Translations under genes and position numbers: made by a program
Notes under the pieces: model-generated
What the model was told of the DNA's origin: nothing
Seen by the model: the letters and a program-made list of their open reading frames with translations, nothing else
Database searches by the model: none
In this document: positions 35,995 through 47,100 of the stretch, one piece after another
Position numbering within the stretch: position 1 is the first letter of the stretch
How the letters are laid out: the number at the start of each line of letters is the position of its first letter
Assembly (NCBI GenBank): GCA_934476455.1
Contig: CAKSNY010000001.1
Span: 87,673 to 151,672, forward strand
DNA: 64,000 bases
Origin: an uncultured Clostridia bacterium
GTDB lineage: Bacteria; Bacillota; Clostridia; UMGS1883
Direction of reading: 5' to 3'

Positions 35995-37963
35995 CAACAC
36001 TAACAACATTGATTTTGCGCGGCAGTTTTTGTCTGTTATACCTGCGGCGGTTATATTTGCGGTTGCGGCGATCCTTTTTGAAAAAAATACGGCATTGTCG
36101 GCAGTTGTAATGCTGTGTTCGGCATTTATAATGTGTGAAAAGCTGATTTCAAGAATAAACAGCATACGAAAAATGCGCGAGTATATGGATAACGAGCCTG
36201 AAACGGACGGCGCGCAGAATAACGAGTCGCTTTTCAGAACACTTAACCCGATTGCCGGTATACGTATGGACGGAAGCATTGCATGGTACAACACACCGTT
36301 TAAGGAACTTTTTAACGTTGTGGCAGATAAGCGCATATCGGATTTGTGCCCCGAAATAAAGCTTTCAAAGCTTTATGAGGCGGAAAACATAGAGAATTTG
36401 ACGATAAAAATAGGCGACGATACCTATCTTGCGCGGATGATTGTAAAAAGAAAGGTTACGCCGGATCATGCGGCGGTTATGCTTCATCTTGAAAAGATAA
36501 CCGAGCTTGTAGAGCTCAGGGAGGAAATTAAAAACGGGCAGTACGCTGTTGCCGAGATTGCGGTTGACAACTATGACGAGGCAATAGAGGACGTTTCGGA
36601 CGAAGAAAGAATAGATATAATCACCCTCCTTGAAAAAAACATTATCGGTTGGGCGCAGGATGTAGGCGGACTTATAAAAAAACTGGAAAAAGACAAGTAC
36701 ACCTGTGTTTTTACAAGAAAGCAGCTTAACACCTTTACGGAAAACAAATTTAAAATATTGCAGGATGTAAAAACCTTTAACGCTTCTACCAGAATACCGC
36801 CCACTATAAGCATCGGAATAGGTGTGGGTGAAGATACTTTGCACAGCTGTGACATTTCGGCAAAAAAGGCGCTTGAAATGGCACTTGGGCGCGGCGGCGA
36901 CCAGGCGGTTATAAGGGAGGACGGGAAGTTTCGCTATTTCGGCGGCAATTCCAAAGAAACGGAAAAACGCACACGTGTAAAGGCGCGCATTATGGCACAT
37001 AACCTGCGCGAGCTTATGAGCAGTGCGGACAATGTTTTGATAATGGGGCATAAAAACAGCGATACAGACGCCGTAGGCGCAGCAATCGGAATTGCCGGTA
37101 TGGCAAATTTCATAGGAAAAGAAGCAAAAATTTTGCTTGCAACACAGGACGACACGGTGCATCTTCTGCTTAAAAAAATAGAAGAAAATCATTACCATGA
37201 TAACCTGTTTATGGGAAAAGGCGGTGTGCGCGAGTTTCTGCGCCCGAAAACACTGCTTATAGTATGCGATACCCACGTTCCGCAGTATACCGAAATGCCC
37301 GAACTTTTGGAAAATGTAAAAGCAAAGGTTGTAATAGACCACCATCGGCGCAGTGAAAGCTTTATTTCAGGGGCAGACCTTGTCTATCACGAGCCTTTTG
37401 CGTCCTCCGCATGCGAAATGATTGCAGAAATTATGCAGTATTTTGACCCTAAATATTCGGTTTCCACAATTGATGCGGAGGCGCTTTACGCAGGTATTGT
37501 CATGGACACGAAGAACTTTATGTTTAAAACGGGCGTACGAACGTTTGAGGCTGCAGCGTATCTTCGAAGCGCGGGAGTGGATACGCTGCGGGTTAAAAGG
37601 CTGTTTAGGGAATCCGTGGAAAATTACAAGCTTAAGGCGTGCATTGTAACCGAAGCGCAGATATACCGCGATAATATAGCAATATCGCTTTTCCCCGGCT
37701 CTGTTCCGCACGTTATAATAGCAGCTGCTGCAGATGAGCTTTTGGAAATAACCGATATGAAGGCGTCGTTTGTGGTGGCACGCAGCGAAAACGGCAAAAT
37801 TATTGTCAGCGGACGTTCGTTAGGCGAGATAAATGTTCAGCTTGTGCTTGAAAAGCTTGGCGGCGGCGGGCATATGATGGTTGCCGGCGCTCAGGTGGAC
37901 GGAGCATCGGTAACAGATGTGGGGGAAGAACTTAAAAAGGCTATTGACGAGATTTTAGCATAG
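35975..37963 (+). CDS. gdpP: Cyclic-di-AMP phosphodiesterase GdpP (DHH/DHHA1 family with N-terminal TM, PAS and degenerate GGDEF regions).
   Basis: N-terminal TM helices. The DHH motif is VVIDHHRRSES. GHKNSDTDAVGAAIGIAGM is also present. The DHHA1 motif is GGGGHMMVAGAQ. Confidence 0.85.
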   Translation: MMKKKNNNTNNIDFARQFLSVIPAAVIFAVAAILFEKNTALSAVVMLCSAFIMCEKLISRINSIRKMREYMDNEPETDGAQNNESLFRTLNPIAGIRMDGSIAWYNTPFKELFNVVADKRISDLCPEIKLSKLYEAENIENLTIKIGDDTYLARMIVKRKVTPDHAAVMLHLEKITELVELREEIKNGQYAVAEIAVDNYDEAIEDVSDEERIDIITLLEKNIIGWAQDVGGLIKKLEKDKYTCVFTRKQLNTFTENKFKILQDVKTFNASTRIPPTISIGIGVGEDTLHSCDISAKKALEMALGRGGDQAVIREDGKFRYFGGNSKETEKRTRVKARIMAHNLRELMSSADNVLIMGHKNSDTDAVGAAIGIAGMANFIGKEAKILLATQDDTVHLLLKKIEENHYHDNLFMGKGGVREFLRPKTLLIVCDTHVPQYTEMPELLENVKAKVVIDHHRRSESFISGADLVYHEPFASSACEMIAEIMQYFDPKYSVSTIDAEALYAGIVMDTKNFMFKTGVRTFEAAAYLRSAGVDTLRVKRLFRESVENYKLKACIVTEAQIYRDNIAISLFPGSVPHVIIAAAADELLEITDMKASFVVARSENGKIIVSGRSLGEINVQLVLEKLGGGGHMMVAGAQVDGASVTDVGEELKKAIDEILA

Positions 37964-37978
37964 AAAGGACGAATTATA

Positions 37979-38425
37979 ATGAAAGTTGTATTGTTGACAG
38001 ATGTTAAAGGACATGGAAAAAAAGGTGATATTGTAGAGGCAAGCGACGGCTATGCACGTAATTTTTTGCTGCCGCGCAAAATGGCAGAGGTGGCAACAGC
38101 CGGTGTTCTTAATAACATAAAGGGAAAGAACGAGTCGGCGGCATTCCACAAGCAGCAGGAGCTTGCTGCCGCAAAAGAAACGGCGGCAGCGCTTGAAGGG
38201 AAGAAAATAGTTCTTCGCGGAAAGGCAGGGGAAAACGGCAAGCTTTTCGGAAAGATTACAAATCAAAATGTGGCGGAGGCCGTTAAAATGCAGCTGCACC
38301 ATATTATTGACAAAAGAAAAATTGTTCTTCCCGACGGTATAAAAACAATCGGGGAAACAAATGTGGAAATAAAAATTTACCCTGAAATTTCCGCAACGAT
38401 TAAAGTGCTTGTCGAAGCCGAATAA
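37979..38425 (+). CDS. rplI: 50S ribosomal protein L9.
   Basis: MKVVLLTDVKGHGKKGDIVEASDGYARNFLLPRKMA is the canonical L9 N-terminus. Confidence 0.95.
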   Translation: MKVVLLTDVKGHGKKGDIVEASDGYARNFLLPRKMAEVATAGVLNNIKGKNESAAFHKQQELAAAKETAAALEGKKIVLRGKAGENGKLFGKITNQNVAEAVKMQLHHIIDKRKIVLPDGIKTIGETNVEIKIYPEISATIKVLVEAE

Positions 38426-38447
38426 GAATAAGAAGCGGGTGGTTTAA

Positions 38448-39767
38448 ATGGATGCGACCATAGGAAGAACTATGCCGTATAACCTTGAAGCCGAGGCTGC
38501 CATTTTAGGCAATATGATTCTTGATGAAAAAGCGCTTGTTATGGCAATGGACAAGCTTGATGAAGATTCGTTTTATGCAACGGCAAACAAAACAATATTT
38601 AACGCTGTTTCACAGCTTTTTGAAGAGGGCATTCCGGTAGATATTGTAACGCTTTCCGATAAGCTCGGAGATAAGCTTGAAAGCGTGGGCGGTATCGGCT
38701 ATATTACCAAAATGGTAAATAACGTCTTTACAAAAGAAAATCTGGCGCAGTATATAGAAATTGCAAACGATAAAAAAAAGCTGAGAAGCCTTATAGACGC
38801 CTCCGGTCAGATAATAGATATGTGTATGAAAGAGGAGGATTCCACAGACGAAATTGTGGACAGATGCGAGCAGCTTATCTTTAATATATCGGAGCAGGGA
38901 AGCGCTGCCGGATTTACGCATATCGGCGAGGTTGTAAAAAGCTCTCTTGCGCTTATTGATGAACTTAAAAAGCGCGGCGGAAATATAACAGGAATTAAAA
39001 CGGGCTTTACCGGGCTTGACAATGCAACGGCGGGGCTTCAGAACAGTGACCTTATAATTTTGGCGGCGCGCCCCGGTGTCGGGAAAACAAGTTTTGCTTT
39101 AAACATACTTGAAAACGCCGCAATAAGAGAAAAGGTACCGGTGGCTGTTTTTTCGCTTGAAATGAGCAAGGAACAGCTTGTAAACAGAGTTATATCAAGT
39201 GAGGCGCTTGTAGAATCAACACGGCTGAGAGTAGGCAATATCGATGCAAACGATATGCAAAGAATTGCACATTCTTTGCGTGATATTATAACGGCACCGA
39301 TATATATTGACGATACGCCGGGGGTTACCGTAGCAGAGATAAGGGCGAAATGCCGTCGTCTGAAAATGGAAAAGGGGCTTGGGCTTGTTGTTATAGACTA
39401 TCTTCAGCTTATGGAGGGAAAAGGCGAAAGCCGTGTTCAGGCTGTCAGTGCTATGTCGCGCTCGCTTAAAATAATGGCAAAGGAATTAAACGTTCCTGTA
39501 ATTACGCTTTCTCAGCTTAGCCGTGCGTCGGAAAAACAGGCGCGCAGACCGGTTTTAAGTGACCTTCGCGAAAGCGGTTCAATAGAGCAGGATGCAGACA
39601 TTGTAATGATGCTGTGCCGTCCGCCCGAGGAGGAAGGCTCGGAAGAAAACGCCGGAAACATTGTGGAATGTAATCTTGCAAAAAACCGTGCCGGTGAATG
39701 CAGCACAATAAACCTTGCATGGCGCGGTGAGTTTACTAAATTTATGAACCTTGACAACCGCAATTAA
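38448..39767 (+). CDS. dnaB: Replicative DNA helicase (DnaB family).
   Basis: GIKTGFTGLDNATAGLQNSDLIILAARPGVGKTSFALN is the Walker A. The protein is about 440 aa and lies downstream of rplI. Confidence 0.9.
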   Translation: MDATIGRTMPYNLEAEAAILGNMILDEKALVMAMDKLDEDSFYATANKTIFNAVSQLFEEGIPVDIVTLSDKLGDKLESVGGIGYITKMVNNVFTKENLAQYIEIANDKKKLRSLIDASGQIIDMCMKEEDSTDEIVDRCEQLIFNISEQGSAAGFTHIGEVVKSSLALIDELKKRGGNITGIKTGFTGLDNATAGLQNSDLIILAARPGVGKTSFALNILENAAIREKVPVAVFSLEMSKEQLVNRVISSEALVESTRLRVGNIDANDMQRIAHSLRDIITAPIYIDDTPGVTVAEIRAKCRRLKMEKGLGLVVIDYLQLMEGKGESRVQAVSAMSRSLKIMAKELNVPVITLSQLSRASEKQARRPVLSDLRESGSIEQDADIVMMLCRPPEEEGSEENAGNIVECNLAKNRAGECSTINLAWRGEFTKFMNLDNRN

Positions 39768-39779
39768 GGAGCAAAATGT

Positions 39780-41126
39780 ATGCTTATACAAGATGTGGAA
39801 AAAACCGTTGAAGGCTACGGTATGCTGAATAACGGCGACAGTGTTATATGTGCGGTTTCCGGCGGGGCGGATTCTGTGTGTCTGCTTTATGTGATGCTTG
39901 AACTGAGAAACAAATATAACCTTACGCTTTATTGCGCAAATGTAAATCATAAAATTCGCGGAGAGGAAGCAAACCGCGACAGCTTGTTTGTAAAAGAGCT
40001 TTGTAAAAAAGAGGGCATAGAGCTTTTTTACAGGGAAATTGATGTTCCGAAGCTTTCAAAGCAGCGGCGCATAGGTGAAGAGGAATGCGGCAGACAGGTA
40101 AGGTATGAATTTTTTGACAGTATTTCAAAAAAACTTTGCAATGCGAAGATAGCAACTGCCCATAATTCGGGAGATAATGCGGAAACGGTACTGTTCAGGC
40201 TCGCACGCGGAACAGCGGGAAAGGGGCTTTGCGCAATACCGCCCGTAAGGGGAAATATTATTCGGCCGCTGCTTTTTGTTTCACGCTCTGAAATTGAAAA
40301 ATACCTAAAAGAAAAAAATATAACATGGGTCGAGGATTCTACCAACAAATCCGAAAAATATGCGCGGAACAAAATACGCGCGTCCGTTATTCCGGTGCTT
40401 GAAGAAATAAATCCGGAGGCGCAGAAAAAAATTGCACTGGCAGCGTCACTTACCGCCGACGACTGCGCATATCTGGATAATATTGCAGCAGTATGCGAAA
40501 AAAATATATTTTGCGAGAAAGGACTTGACACAACCTCCTTCTTAAAAGAAAATATTGCAATTCAAAGGCGGATTGCACAATCCGTTATGAAAAAAAGCGG
40601 TGTTCGGGAAATAACGAACGTGAAGATTAACGACTTTATATCGCTATGCACGGGGGATAACGGAAAAACGCTTGACATAAACAAAGAACATTTTTTTGAA
40701 AAGACGGGGGGCTATGTTGCAAAAGTGAAGCGGCAGCCCGATATGTCTTATTTAAAAAAACTTGAAACAGACGGTATCATTGTTGAAAAAAATTGGGAAA
40801 TAAGGGCAAAAATTGTTGACAAACCGATAAAAAAGCGCGATAATAATACTGCTGTGTTTGACGCGGACAAGCTTTCTGGTCCGTTTTTTGTGAGAACACG
40901 AAAAACTGGTGATCGGATGAAGGTTTTGGGCATGGGAAAAAGCAAGCGGCTGAGCGATATTTTTTCAAATGCCAAAATACCACCGTCAAAAAGAGACGAA
41001 ATACCGATTATTGAAAAAGACGGTGATATACTGTTTTTATGCGGACTGCGCCAATCGTCGGATTATGCACCGCAAAAAGGAACACACAGCTTTTTAATTT
41101 TCGAATATATTACGAAGGAATGGTAA
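39780..41126 (+). CDS. tilS: tRNA(Ile)-lysidine synthetase.
   Basis: The PP-loop is SGGADSVCLLYVM. The tilS-hpt-ftsH synteny supports the call. Confidence 0.85.
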   Translation: MLIQDVEKTVEGYGMLNNGDSVICAVSGGADSVCLLYVMLELRNKYNLTLYCANVNHKIRGEEANRDSLFVKELCKKEGIELFYREIDVPKLSKQRRIGEEECGRQVRYEFFDSISKKLCNAKIATAHNSGDNAETVLFRLARGTAGKGLCAIPPVRGNIIRPLLFVSRSEIEKYLKEKNITWVEDSTNKSEKYARNKIRASVIPVLEEINPEAQKKIALAASLTADDCAYLDNIAAVCEKNIFCEKGLDTTSFLKENIAIQRRIAQSVMKKSGVREITNVKINDFISLCTGDNGKTLDINKEHFFEKTGGYVAKVKRQPDMSYLKKLETDGIIVEKNWEIRAKIVDKPIKKRDNNTAVFDADKLSGPFFVRTRKTGDRMKVLGMGKSKRLSDIFSNAKIPPSKRDEIPIIEKDGDILFLCGLRQSSDYAPQKGTHSFLIFEYITKEW

Positions 41127-41131
41127 AATCT

Positions 41132-41677
41132 ATGCCCAGAATTGATGACGCTATAGGTAAGGTTTTAATAACAAAGCAGCAGATTGAAAAAAGAAACCGT
41201 GAGCTTGCAGATATTATTAACCGCGATTATGAAGGTAAAGAGGTTATGCTTGTTTCGATTTTAAGCGGCGGATTTATTTTTGCTGCCGATATTATACGCC
41301 TTTTGAATATTCCGGCTACAATAAGCTTTATCTATGCCAGCAGCTACGGAACGGGAACAACCTCGAGCGGAAATGTTGAAATTCGCAGCGGAAAAGGTTT
41401 TGAACCCGCCGGAAAGGACATAATAATAGTTGAGGATATAATAGATACCGGAAATACCTTAAAAAAAGTGTCAGAGTACTTAGCAAACGAGGGTGCAAAA
41501 AGTGTTGAAATAATGACATTTTTGGATAAACCGTCGCGCAGAATTGCGGATATAAGCGCGAAGTACGTCGGATTTGAAATCCCGGATGAATTTGTAGTCG
41601 GTTACGGGCTTGATTATGCCTATAAATATCGCCAGCTTCCGTATGTAGGTGTGATGAAACCGGAATTTTGTGAATAA
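41132..41677 (+). CDS. hpt: Hypoxanthine-guanine phosphoribosyltransferase.
   Basis: The PRPP-binding motif is IIVEDIIDTGNTL. Start taken at MPRIDDAIGKVLI, just after the tilS stop. Confidence 0.85.
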   Translation: MPRIDDAIGKVLITKQQIEKRNRELADIINRDYEGKEVMLVSILSGGFIFAADIIRLLNIPATISFIYASSYGTGTTSSGNVEIRSGKGFEPAGKDIIIVEDIIDTGNTLKKVSEYLANEGAKSVEIMTFLDKPSRRIADISAKYVGFEIPDEFVVGYGLDYAYKYRQLPYVGVMKPEFCE

Positions 41678-41690
41678 AATGTAAAATTGA

Positions 41691-41719
41691 TTGCTGCCTT
41701 TCGGCAGCGGTGGTATAAT
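41691..41719 (+). promoter_or_regulatory. Sigma-A-type promoter for ftsH: TTGCTG, 17 bp, TGgTATAAT.
   Basis: -35 at 41691-41696, a 17-bp spacer, and an extended -10 at 41711-41719. This lies about 55 nt upstream of the ftsH TTG start. Confidence 0.5.
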
Positions 41720-41772
41720 CTTAAGCGCCGAGGGTCGGTTCTTCGGTACTTAAAATAAGGGGAGGCGATGTT

Positions 41773-43650
41773 TTGAAAAGGTCTTTCAGAAGCATCAGTT
41801 TATATATAATTTTGCCGCTTGTTGTTATTTTGCTTATGATGCTGACGCTTCGTCAGCCGCAGTCCGGGATTAAAAAATTTTCCGAGCTTGTAGAGGCGGT
41901 GGACGCAGGACAGGTTACGAAGCTTGAAATAGGTGATACAAGCACCATTGCGGTTATAGACGGAAAAGAGTATAAAATAGCGGTAACACAGGGAATACTT
42001 TTTACCGTTATCGGTGATGAAATTGAAAAACAAATTAAAGACGGAAAGATAGAAACCACCGTGCCCGAACCCGAAACGGTTTCGTGGTGGGTTTCGCTTT
42101 TGCCGACGCTTTTGCTTGTTGTAATAATCGGGCTGTTTTGGTTTTCGTTTATGCGCCAGCAAACCGGCGGACATGGCATAGGCAGCTTTGGAAAAAGTAA
42201 GGCAAAAACTGCGCTTGACGGGAAAAACAAAGTAACGTTTAAAAATGTTGCCGGCGCTGACGAAGAAAAGAAAGAGCTTGAAGAAATAGTAGAGTTTCTT
42301 AAAAATCCGAAAAAATTTATAGACCTTGGTGCAAGGATTCCCAAGGGCGTACTTTTGGTAGGTCCACCCGGAACAGGTAAGACATTGCTTGCAAAGGCTG
42401 TTGCCGGCGAGGCAGGTGTACCGTTCTTTTCAATATCCGGTTCGGATTTTGTTGAAATGTTTGTCGGCGTGGGAGCAAGTCGTGTGCGCGATTTGTTTGA
42501 ACAGGCAAGAAAGAATTTGCCCGCAATTATATTTATAGATGAGATTGACGCGGTCGGTCGTCAGCGCGGCGCAGGCCTTGGCGGCGGACACGATGAAAGA
42601 GAACAGACGTTAAACCAATTACTTGTTGAAATGGACGGCTTTGGCGCAAACGAAGGAATAATAATGATTGCGGCAACAAACCGCCCGGACATTCTTGACC
42701 CCGCACTTTTGCGCCCCGGCAGATTTGACCGCCAGGTGGTTGTAAGTTATCCCGACCAAAAGGGAAGAGAAGCTATCCTTAAGGTGCATTCTGAAAATAA
42801 GCCGATAGATGAAAGTGTTTCTTTGGCTACGGTTGCGAAGGGAACGTACGGATTTACCGGGGCAGACCTTGAAAATCTTTTGAATGAGTCGGCAATTCTT
42901 TCGGCGAGAAGAAACAAAAGAACAATTACCGCCGAGGAAATTGACGAGGCAATGCTTAAGGTTGTTATGGGACCTGAAAAGGCAAGCCGTGAACATAATG
43001 TTCAGAACAAGAAAAAGACGGCGTATCACGAGGCGGGGCATGCGCTTGCGGCAAGGCTTTTACCGACGCAGGACACAGTGCACCAGGTTTCTATAATCCC
43101 GCGCGGAAGAGCCGGCGGATTTACGCTCAGCCTGCCCGACAGTGACAAAAGCTATATTTCAAAGAATGAAATGCTTGAGAGCATTGTTATGATGCTTGCC
43201 GGACGTGCGGCGGAGAATATAGTTTTCGGAGAGGTTAATACGGGTGCTTCGAGCGACCTTGACAAGGCAACCGAAACGGCACGCAAAATGGTTATGCAGT
43301 ATGGTATGAGCGACAGATTGGGATACGTAACGTTTACAAACGGCGACCATGAGGTATTTTTGGGGCGTGACCTTTCGCAGGGCAGAAATTACAGCGAAGC
43401 TGTAGCCTCGGTGATTGACGAGGAAATTAAAAGAATTATTGACGAATGTTATAAAAAATGCGAAAAGCTGCTTGCAGATAACAGAGAAAAGCTGGACGCG
43501 ATTGCAAATGCGCTTGTACACAGAGAAAAACTGGACGGTGCAGAATTTGAAGATGTGTTTAAAAACGGTTTTATTGAAGAGGAGAAAGAGACGGAAAATG
43601 CCGAAGGCGACCTTACAAAAACCGACGATGCACCACAAAAAGAAGAATAG
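41773..43650 (+). CDS. ftsH: ATP-dependent zinc metalloprotease FtsH.
   Basis: TTG start with GGAGG 7 nt upstream. Two N-terminal TM helices. The Walker A is [23 protein letters not shown]. The zinc site is HEAGHAL. Confidence 0.9.
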   Translation: MKRSFRSISLYIILPLVVILLMMLTLRQPQSGIKKFSELVEAVDAGQVTKLEIGDTSTIAVIDGKEYKIAVTQGILFTVIGDEIEKQIKDGKIETTVPEPETVSWWVSLLPTLLLVVIIGLFWFSFMRQQTGGHGIGSFGKSKAKTALDGKNKVTFKNVAGADEEKKELEEIVEFLKNPKKFIDLGARIPKGVLLVGPPGTGKTLLAKAVAGEAGVPFFSISGSDFVEMFVGVGASRVRDLFEQARKNLPAIIFIDEIDAVGRQRGAGLGGGHDEREQTLNQLLVEMDGFGANEGIIMIAATNRPDILDPALLRPGRFDRQVVVSYPDQKGREAILKVHSENKPIDESVSLATVAKGTYGFTGADLENLLNESAILSARRNKRTITAEEIDEAMLKVVMGPEKASREHNVQNKKKTAYHEAGHALAARLLPTQDTVHQVSIIPRGRAGGFTLSLPDSDKSYISKNEMLESIVMMLAGRAAENIVFGEVNTGASSDLDKATETARKMVMQYGMSDRLGYVTFTNGDHEVFLGRDLSQGRNYSEAVASVIDEEIKRIIDECYKKCEKLLADNREKLDAIANALVHREKLDGAEFEDVFKNGFIEEEKETENAEGDLTKTDDAPQKEE

Positions 43651-43719
43651 ATTGAAATATCTCCGCAGACAATTTTTGGCATCGGCGGGGATATTTTAAT
43701 GCACAGAAGGAGAAATTTT

Positions 43720-45053
43720 ATGAAAGGCGATATGACAACGGGAAAGCCCGAAGCAGTGCTGTGGAAATTTTGCCTGCCGCTTTTTGCAAGTATTATTTTT
43801 CAGCAGCTGTACAATATTGCAGACAGCTTTGTTGCGGGAAAATTTATAAGTAACAATGCGCTTGCGGCTGTGGGTAACAGCTATGAAATAACCCTTATAT
43901 TTATTGCCTTTGCATTTGGGTGCAACATAGGCGGTTCGGTTGTTGCGGCACAGTTTTTCGGTGCAAAAAAGTATGAAAGCTTAAAAACGGCAGTGTGGAC
44001 CACCTTTATAGCCGGCGGCGTGCTTTGCGCAGTGCTGATGATTGCGGGTTTTATCTGCCAGAACGGATTGCTGCATCTTATAAATACGCCCGATGTTATA
44101 TTTAAGGATTCCAAGCTTTATCTTGACATTTATATGCTCGGGCTTCCTTTCGTATTTTTTTACAACATAGCAACAGGCTTTTTTGCCGCTATGGGCGATT
44201 CAAAGACGCCGTTTATATTTCTTGCATGTTCCTCCGTATCAAATATTGCGGTTGATATTTTATTCGTTGCGGGGCTGAAAATGGGCGTGTCGGGCGTGGC
44301 ATGGGCAACATTTATCTGCCAGGGGGAAGCTGTATTTTGGCAGTGGGCGTTATTTGGATTAAGCTTAAAAAAATAAAAACACAGCCGGTCGAAATTTTTT
44401 CTTTCAAAATTTTAAGAAAAATTTTGATTATTGCAATTCCCGGTATTTTGCAGCAGAGCTTCATTTCTGTGGGGAATATAATTATTCAAGGTGTTATAAA
44501 CGGCTTCGGTGCAAGCGTTATAGCAGGATATTCGGCTGCAATAAAGCTTAACAATATGGTTATAACGGCTTTTTCAACCCTTGCAAACGGTATATCAAAT
44601 TACACCGCGCAGAATATCGGAGCAAAAATGCACGGCAGAATTAAAGACGGCTTTAAAACCGGCATAAAGATGGTGTGGACGCTTTGTCTGCCGATTGTTT
44701 TGGTGTATCTTATCTTTTCACGGCAGCTTATATACATATTTATGGACAGCTTAGGCGGGGCGGCAATGACAACGGGAACAACATTTATAAAAATAACCGC
44801 GCCGTTTTATTTTGTTGCATCGGCAAAGCTTGTCGCGGACGGAATTCTTCGCGGTGCGGGATTTATGAAAAGGTTTATGGCGTCTACATTTACGGATTTG
44901 CTTTTGAGAGTGTTTCTATCAAAAATGCTTTCAAAAACCGCACTCGGCATTACGGGCGTGTGGGTATCATGGCCGATAGGCTGGAGCGTTGCTGCGGTAA
45001 TGTCTGTGGTGTTTTATTTATCGGTTAAATGGGAAAAAACGATTGAAAAATAA
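43720..45053 (+). pseudogene. MATE-family multidrug efflux transporter gene interrupted by a -1 frameshift in a G5 homopolymer (44322-44326). It may be a pseudogene, a phase-variable gene or a sequencing error.
   Basis: ORF 43720-44376 (MATE N-half, LYNIADSFVAGKFIS...) and ORF 44301-45053 (MATE C-half) overlap in different frames. Inserting one G restores a continuous protein of about 444 aa (...ATFICQGGSCILAVGVIWIKLKK...). Confidence 0.6.
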
Positions 45054-45095
45054 AAAAACGGGGAAAATATTTACAGAAAATTAAAATAAAAGTAT

Positions 45096-45124
45096 TGCTT
45101 TTTGTTGAAAAATTAACTATAATT
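45096..45124 (+). promoter_or_regulatory. Sigma-A-type promoter for pckA: TTGCTT, 17 bp, TATAAT.
   Basis: -35 at 45096-45101, -10 at 45119-45124, about 90 nt upstream of the pckA start. Confidence 0.5.
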
Positions 45125-45212
45125 ATGATATAAGGGAAAGAGTTGTTTGATGTGGCGTAAAGTTTAATTTTTCTTTCGTCCGCAAACATTTTAAAGAAAA
45201 GGGGTAAGAATT

Positions 45213-46817
45213 ATGGCAAAAATCGATTTAAGCAAGTATGGTATTTTAGGCACTAAGGAGATTGTGCACAATCCCTCTTACGAAGTTCTTTTCGAGGAGG
45301 AAACAAAACCTGAACTTGAAGGATTTGAAAAAGGACAGGTAAGCGAGCTCGGCGCCGTTAATGTAATGACAGGCGTATACACGGGTCGTTCTCCCAAAGA
45401 CAAGTTTATTGTAATGGATAAAAATTCAAAAGACACCGTGTGGTGGACATCCGATGAATATAAAAACGATAACCATCCCGCAAGTGAAGAAGCTTGGAAA
45501 ACCGTAAAAGAGCTTGCGGTAAAAGAGCTTTCAAATAAAAAGCTTTATGTTGTTGACGCTTTCTGCGGCACAAATGCAGATACGCGTATGGCAATTCGCT
45601 TTATTGTTGAGGTTGCTTGGCAGGCACATTTTGTTACGAATATGTTTATAAAGCCCACAGCAGAAGAGCTTGAAAATTTTGAGCCCGACTTTGTTGTATA
45701 CAACGCATCAAAAGCAAAGGTGGAAAATTATAAGGAGCTTGGTCTTAACTCCGAAACGGCGGTTATGTTCAACATCACAAGCCGCGAACAGGTTATAGTA
45801 AACACATGGTACGGCGGAGAAATGAAAAAGGGTATGTTCTCTATGATGAACTACTATCTGCCGCTGCGCGGTATTGCATCAATGCACTGCTCCGCAAATA
45901 CCGATATGGACGGAAAGAATACAGCAATATTCTTCGGCCTTTCGGGAACAGGCAAGACAACTCTTTCTACAGACCCGAAGCGCCTTTTGATAGGCGATGA
46001 TGAGCATGGCTGGGATGATAACGGCGTGTTCAATTTTGAGGGCGGATGCTATGCAAAGGTTATTAACCTTGATAAAGAGTCTGAGCCTGATATTTACAAC
46101 GCAATAAAGCGCGACGCACTTTTGGAAAACGTAACGCTTGATAAGGACGGAAAGATTGATTTTGATGATAAGAGCGTTACCGAAAATACACGTGTATCTT
46201 ATCCGATAAATCATATTAAAAATATTGTTCGCCCTGTTTCGGCAGCTCCCGACGCAAAGAATGTTATATTCCTTTCGGCAGATGCGTTCGGCGTATTGCC
46301 TCCCGTATCGATTCTTACACCCGAACAGACGCAGTATTATTTCCTTTCAGGCTTTACGGCAAAGCTCGCCGGAACCGAGAGAGGAATTACCGAACCCACA
46401 CCCACATTCTCAGCATGCTTCGGTCAGGCATTTTTGGAGCTTCATCCCACAAAGTACGCAGAAGAGCTTGTAAAGAAAATGCAAAAGAGCGGTGCAAAGG
46501 CTTATCTTGTTAATACAGGCTGGAACGGTACGGGTAAGCGTATATCCATCCGTGATACACGCGGAATTATCGACGCTATATTGAGCGGAGCTATCAACGA
46601 TGTTCCTACAAAGAAAATCCCGTATTTTGATTTTGAAGTTCCCACAGAGCTTCCCGGTGTTGATTCGGGCATACTTGACCCGCGCGATACCTATAAGAAC
46701 GCTTCCGAATGGGAAGAAAAGGCAAAGGATCTGGCAGGCAGATTTATAAAGAACTTTGCAAAATATGAAGGAAATGCAGCAGGTAAGGCGCTTGTGTCGG
46801 CAGGCCCCACAAAGTAA
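45213..46817 (+). CDS. pckA: Phosphoenolpyruvate carboxykinase (ATP).
   Basis: The kinase-1a motif is [15 protein letters not shown]. The 534-aa length and RBS AAAGGGGTAAG fit. Confidence 0.9.
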   Translation: MAKIDLSKYGILGTKEIVHNPSYEVLFEEETKPELEGFEKGQVSELGAVNVMTGVYTGRSPKDKFIVMDKNSKDTVWWTSDEYKNDNHPASEEAWKTVKELAVKELSNKKLYVVDAFCGTNADTRMAIRFIVEVAWQAHFVTNMFIKPTAEELENFEPDFVVYNASKAKVENYKELGLNSETAVMFNITSREQVIVNTWYGGEMKKGMFSMMNYYLPLRGIASMHCSANTDMDGKNTAIFFGLSGTGKTTLSTDPKRLLIGDDEHGWDDNGVFNFEGGCYAKVINLDKESEPDIYNAIKRDALLENVTLDKDGKIDFDDKSVTENTRVSYPINHIKNIVRPVSAAPDAKNVIFLSADAFGVLPPVSILTPEQTQYYFLSGFTAKLAGTERGITEPTPTFSACFGQAFLELHPTKYAEELVKKMQKSGAKAYLVNTGWNGTGKRISIRDTRGIIDAILSGAINDVPTKKIPYFDFEVPTELPGVDSGILDPRDTYKNASEWEEKAKDLAGRFIKNFAKYEGNAAGKALVSAGPTK

Positions 46818-47058
46818 GAAACAATTAATAAAGGAGCGGTTTAAAAAGTCACAACCCGATAAGGAAGCATTGGTTTTGAAGCCGCATTTTAAGTTTATAC
46901 TTCGTAAAAAAGACACCGTATACATAAGTTACGGTGCCTTTTTTTCTTGCCTAAATCTTAAACTCCGACATTCAAAACTGCTTTGCACCCTGTAAACAAT
47001 AATTTTTGATGAATTTCAAGGCAAAAACCGCATTCGATGTGTGCTTTATCGACAAACT

Positions 47059-47090
47059 AAAGCACCGCGGAAGATAAACCGCGGTGCTTT
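47059..47090. terminator. Bidirectional rho-independent terminator between the convergent pckA (+) and hypothetical (-) genes.
   Basis: Perfect 11-bp stem aagcaccgcgg-aagataaa-ccgcggtgctt, flanked by T-rich sequence on both strands. Confidence 0.65.
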
Positions 47091-47100
47091 CTTATAATAT

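Noticed and set aside
36365-37345. 326-aa ORF on the minus strand.
   Set aside because: It lies entirely antisense within the strongly supported gdpP gene, has no RBS and has low-complexity composition. It is a spurious shadow ORF.
41692-41707. Hairpin gctgcc-tttc-ggcagc after hpt, considered as a terminator.
   Set aside because: No U-tract follows. It lies inside the 17-bp spacer of the ftsH promoter and is more likely incidental.
46756-46995. 79-aa ORF in the pckA-terminator spacer.
   Set aside because: It overlaps the pckA 3' end, has no RBS and is not conserved-looking. The region is better explained as 3'-UTR plus the bidirectional terminator.
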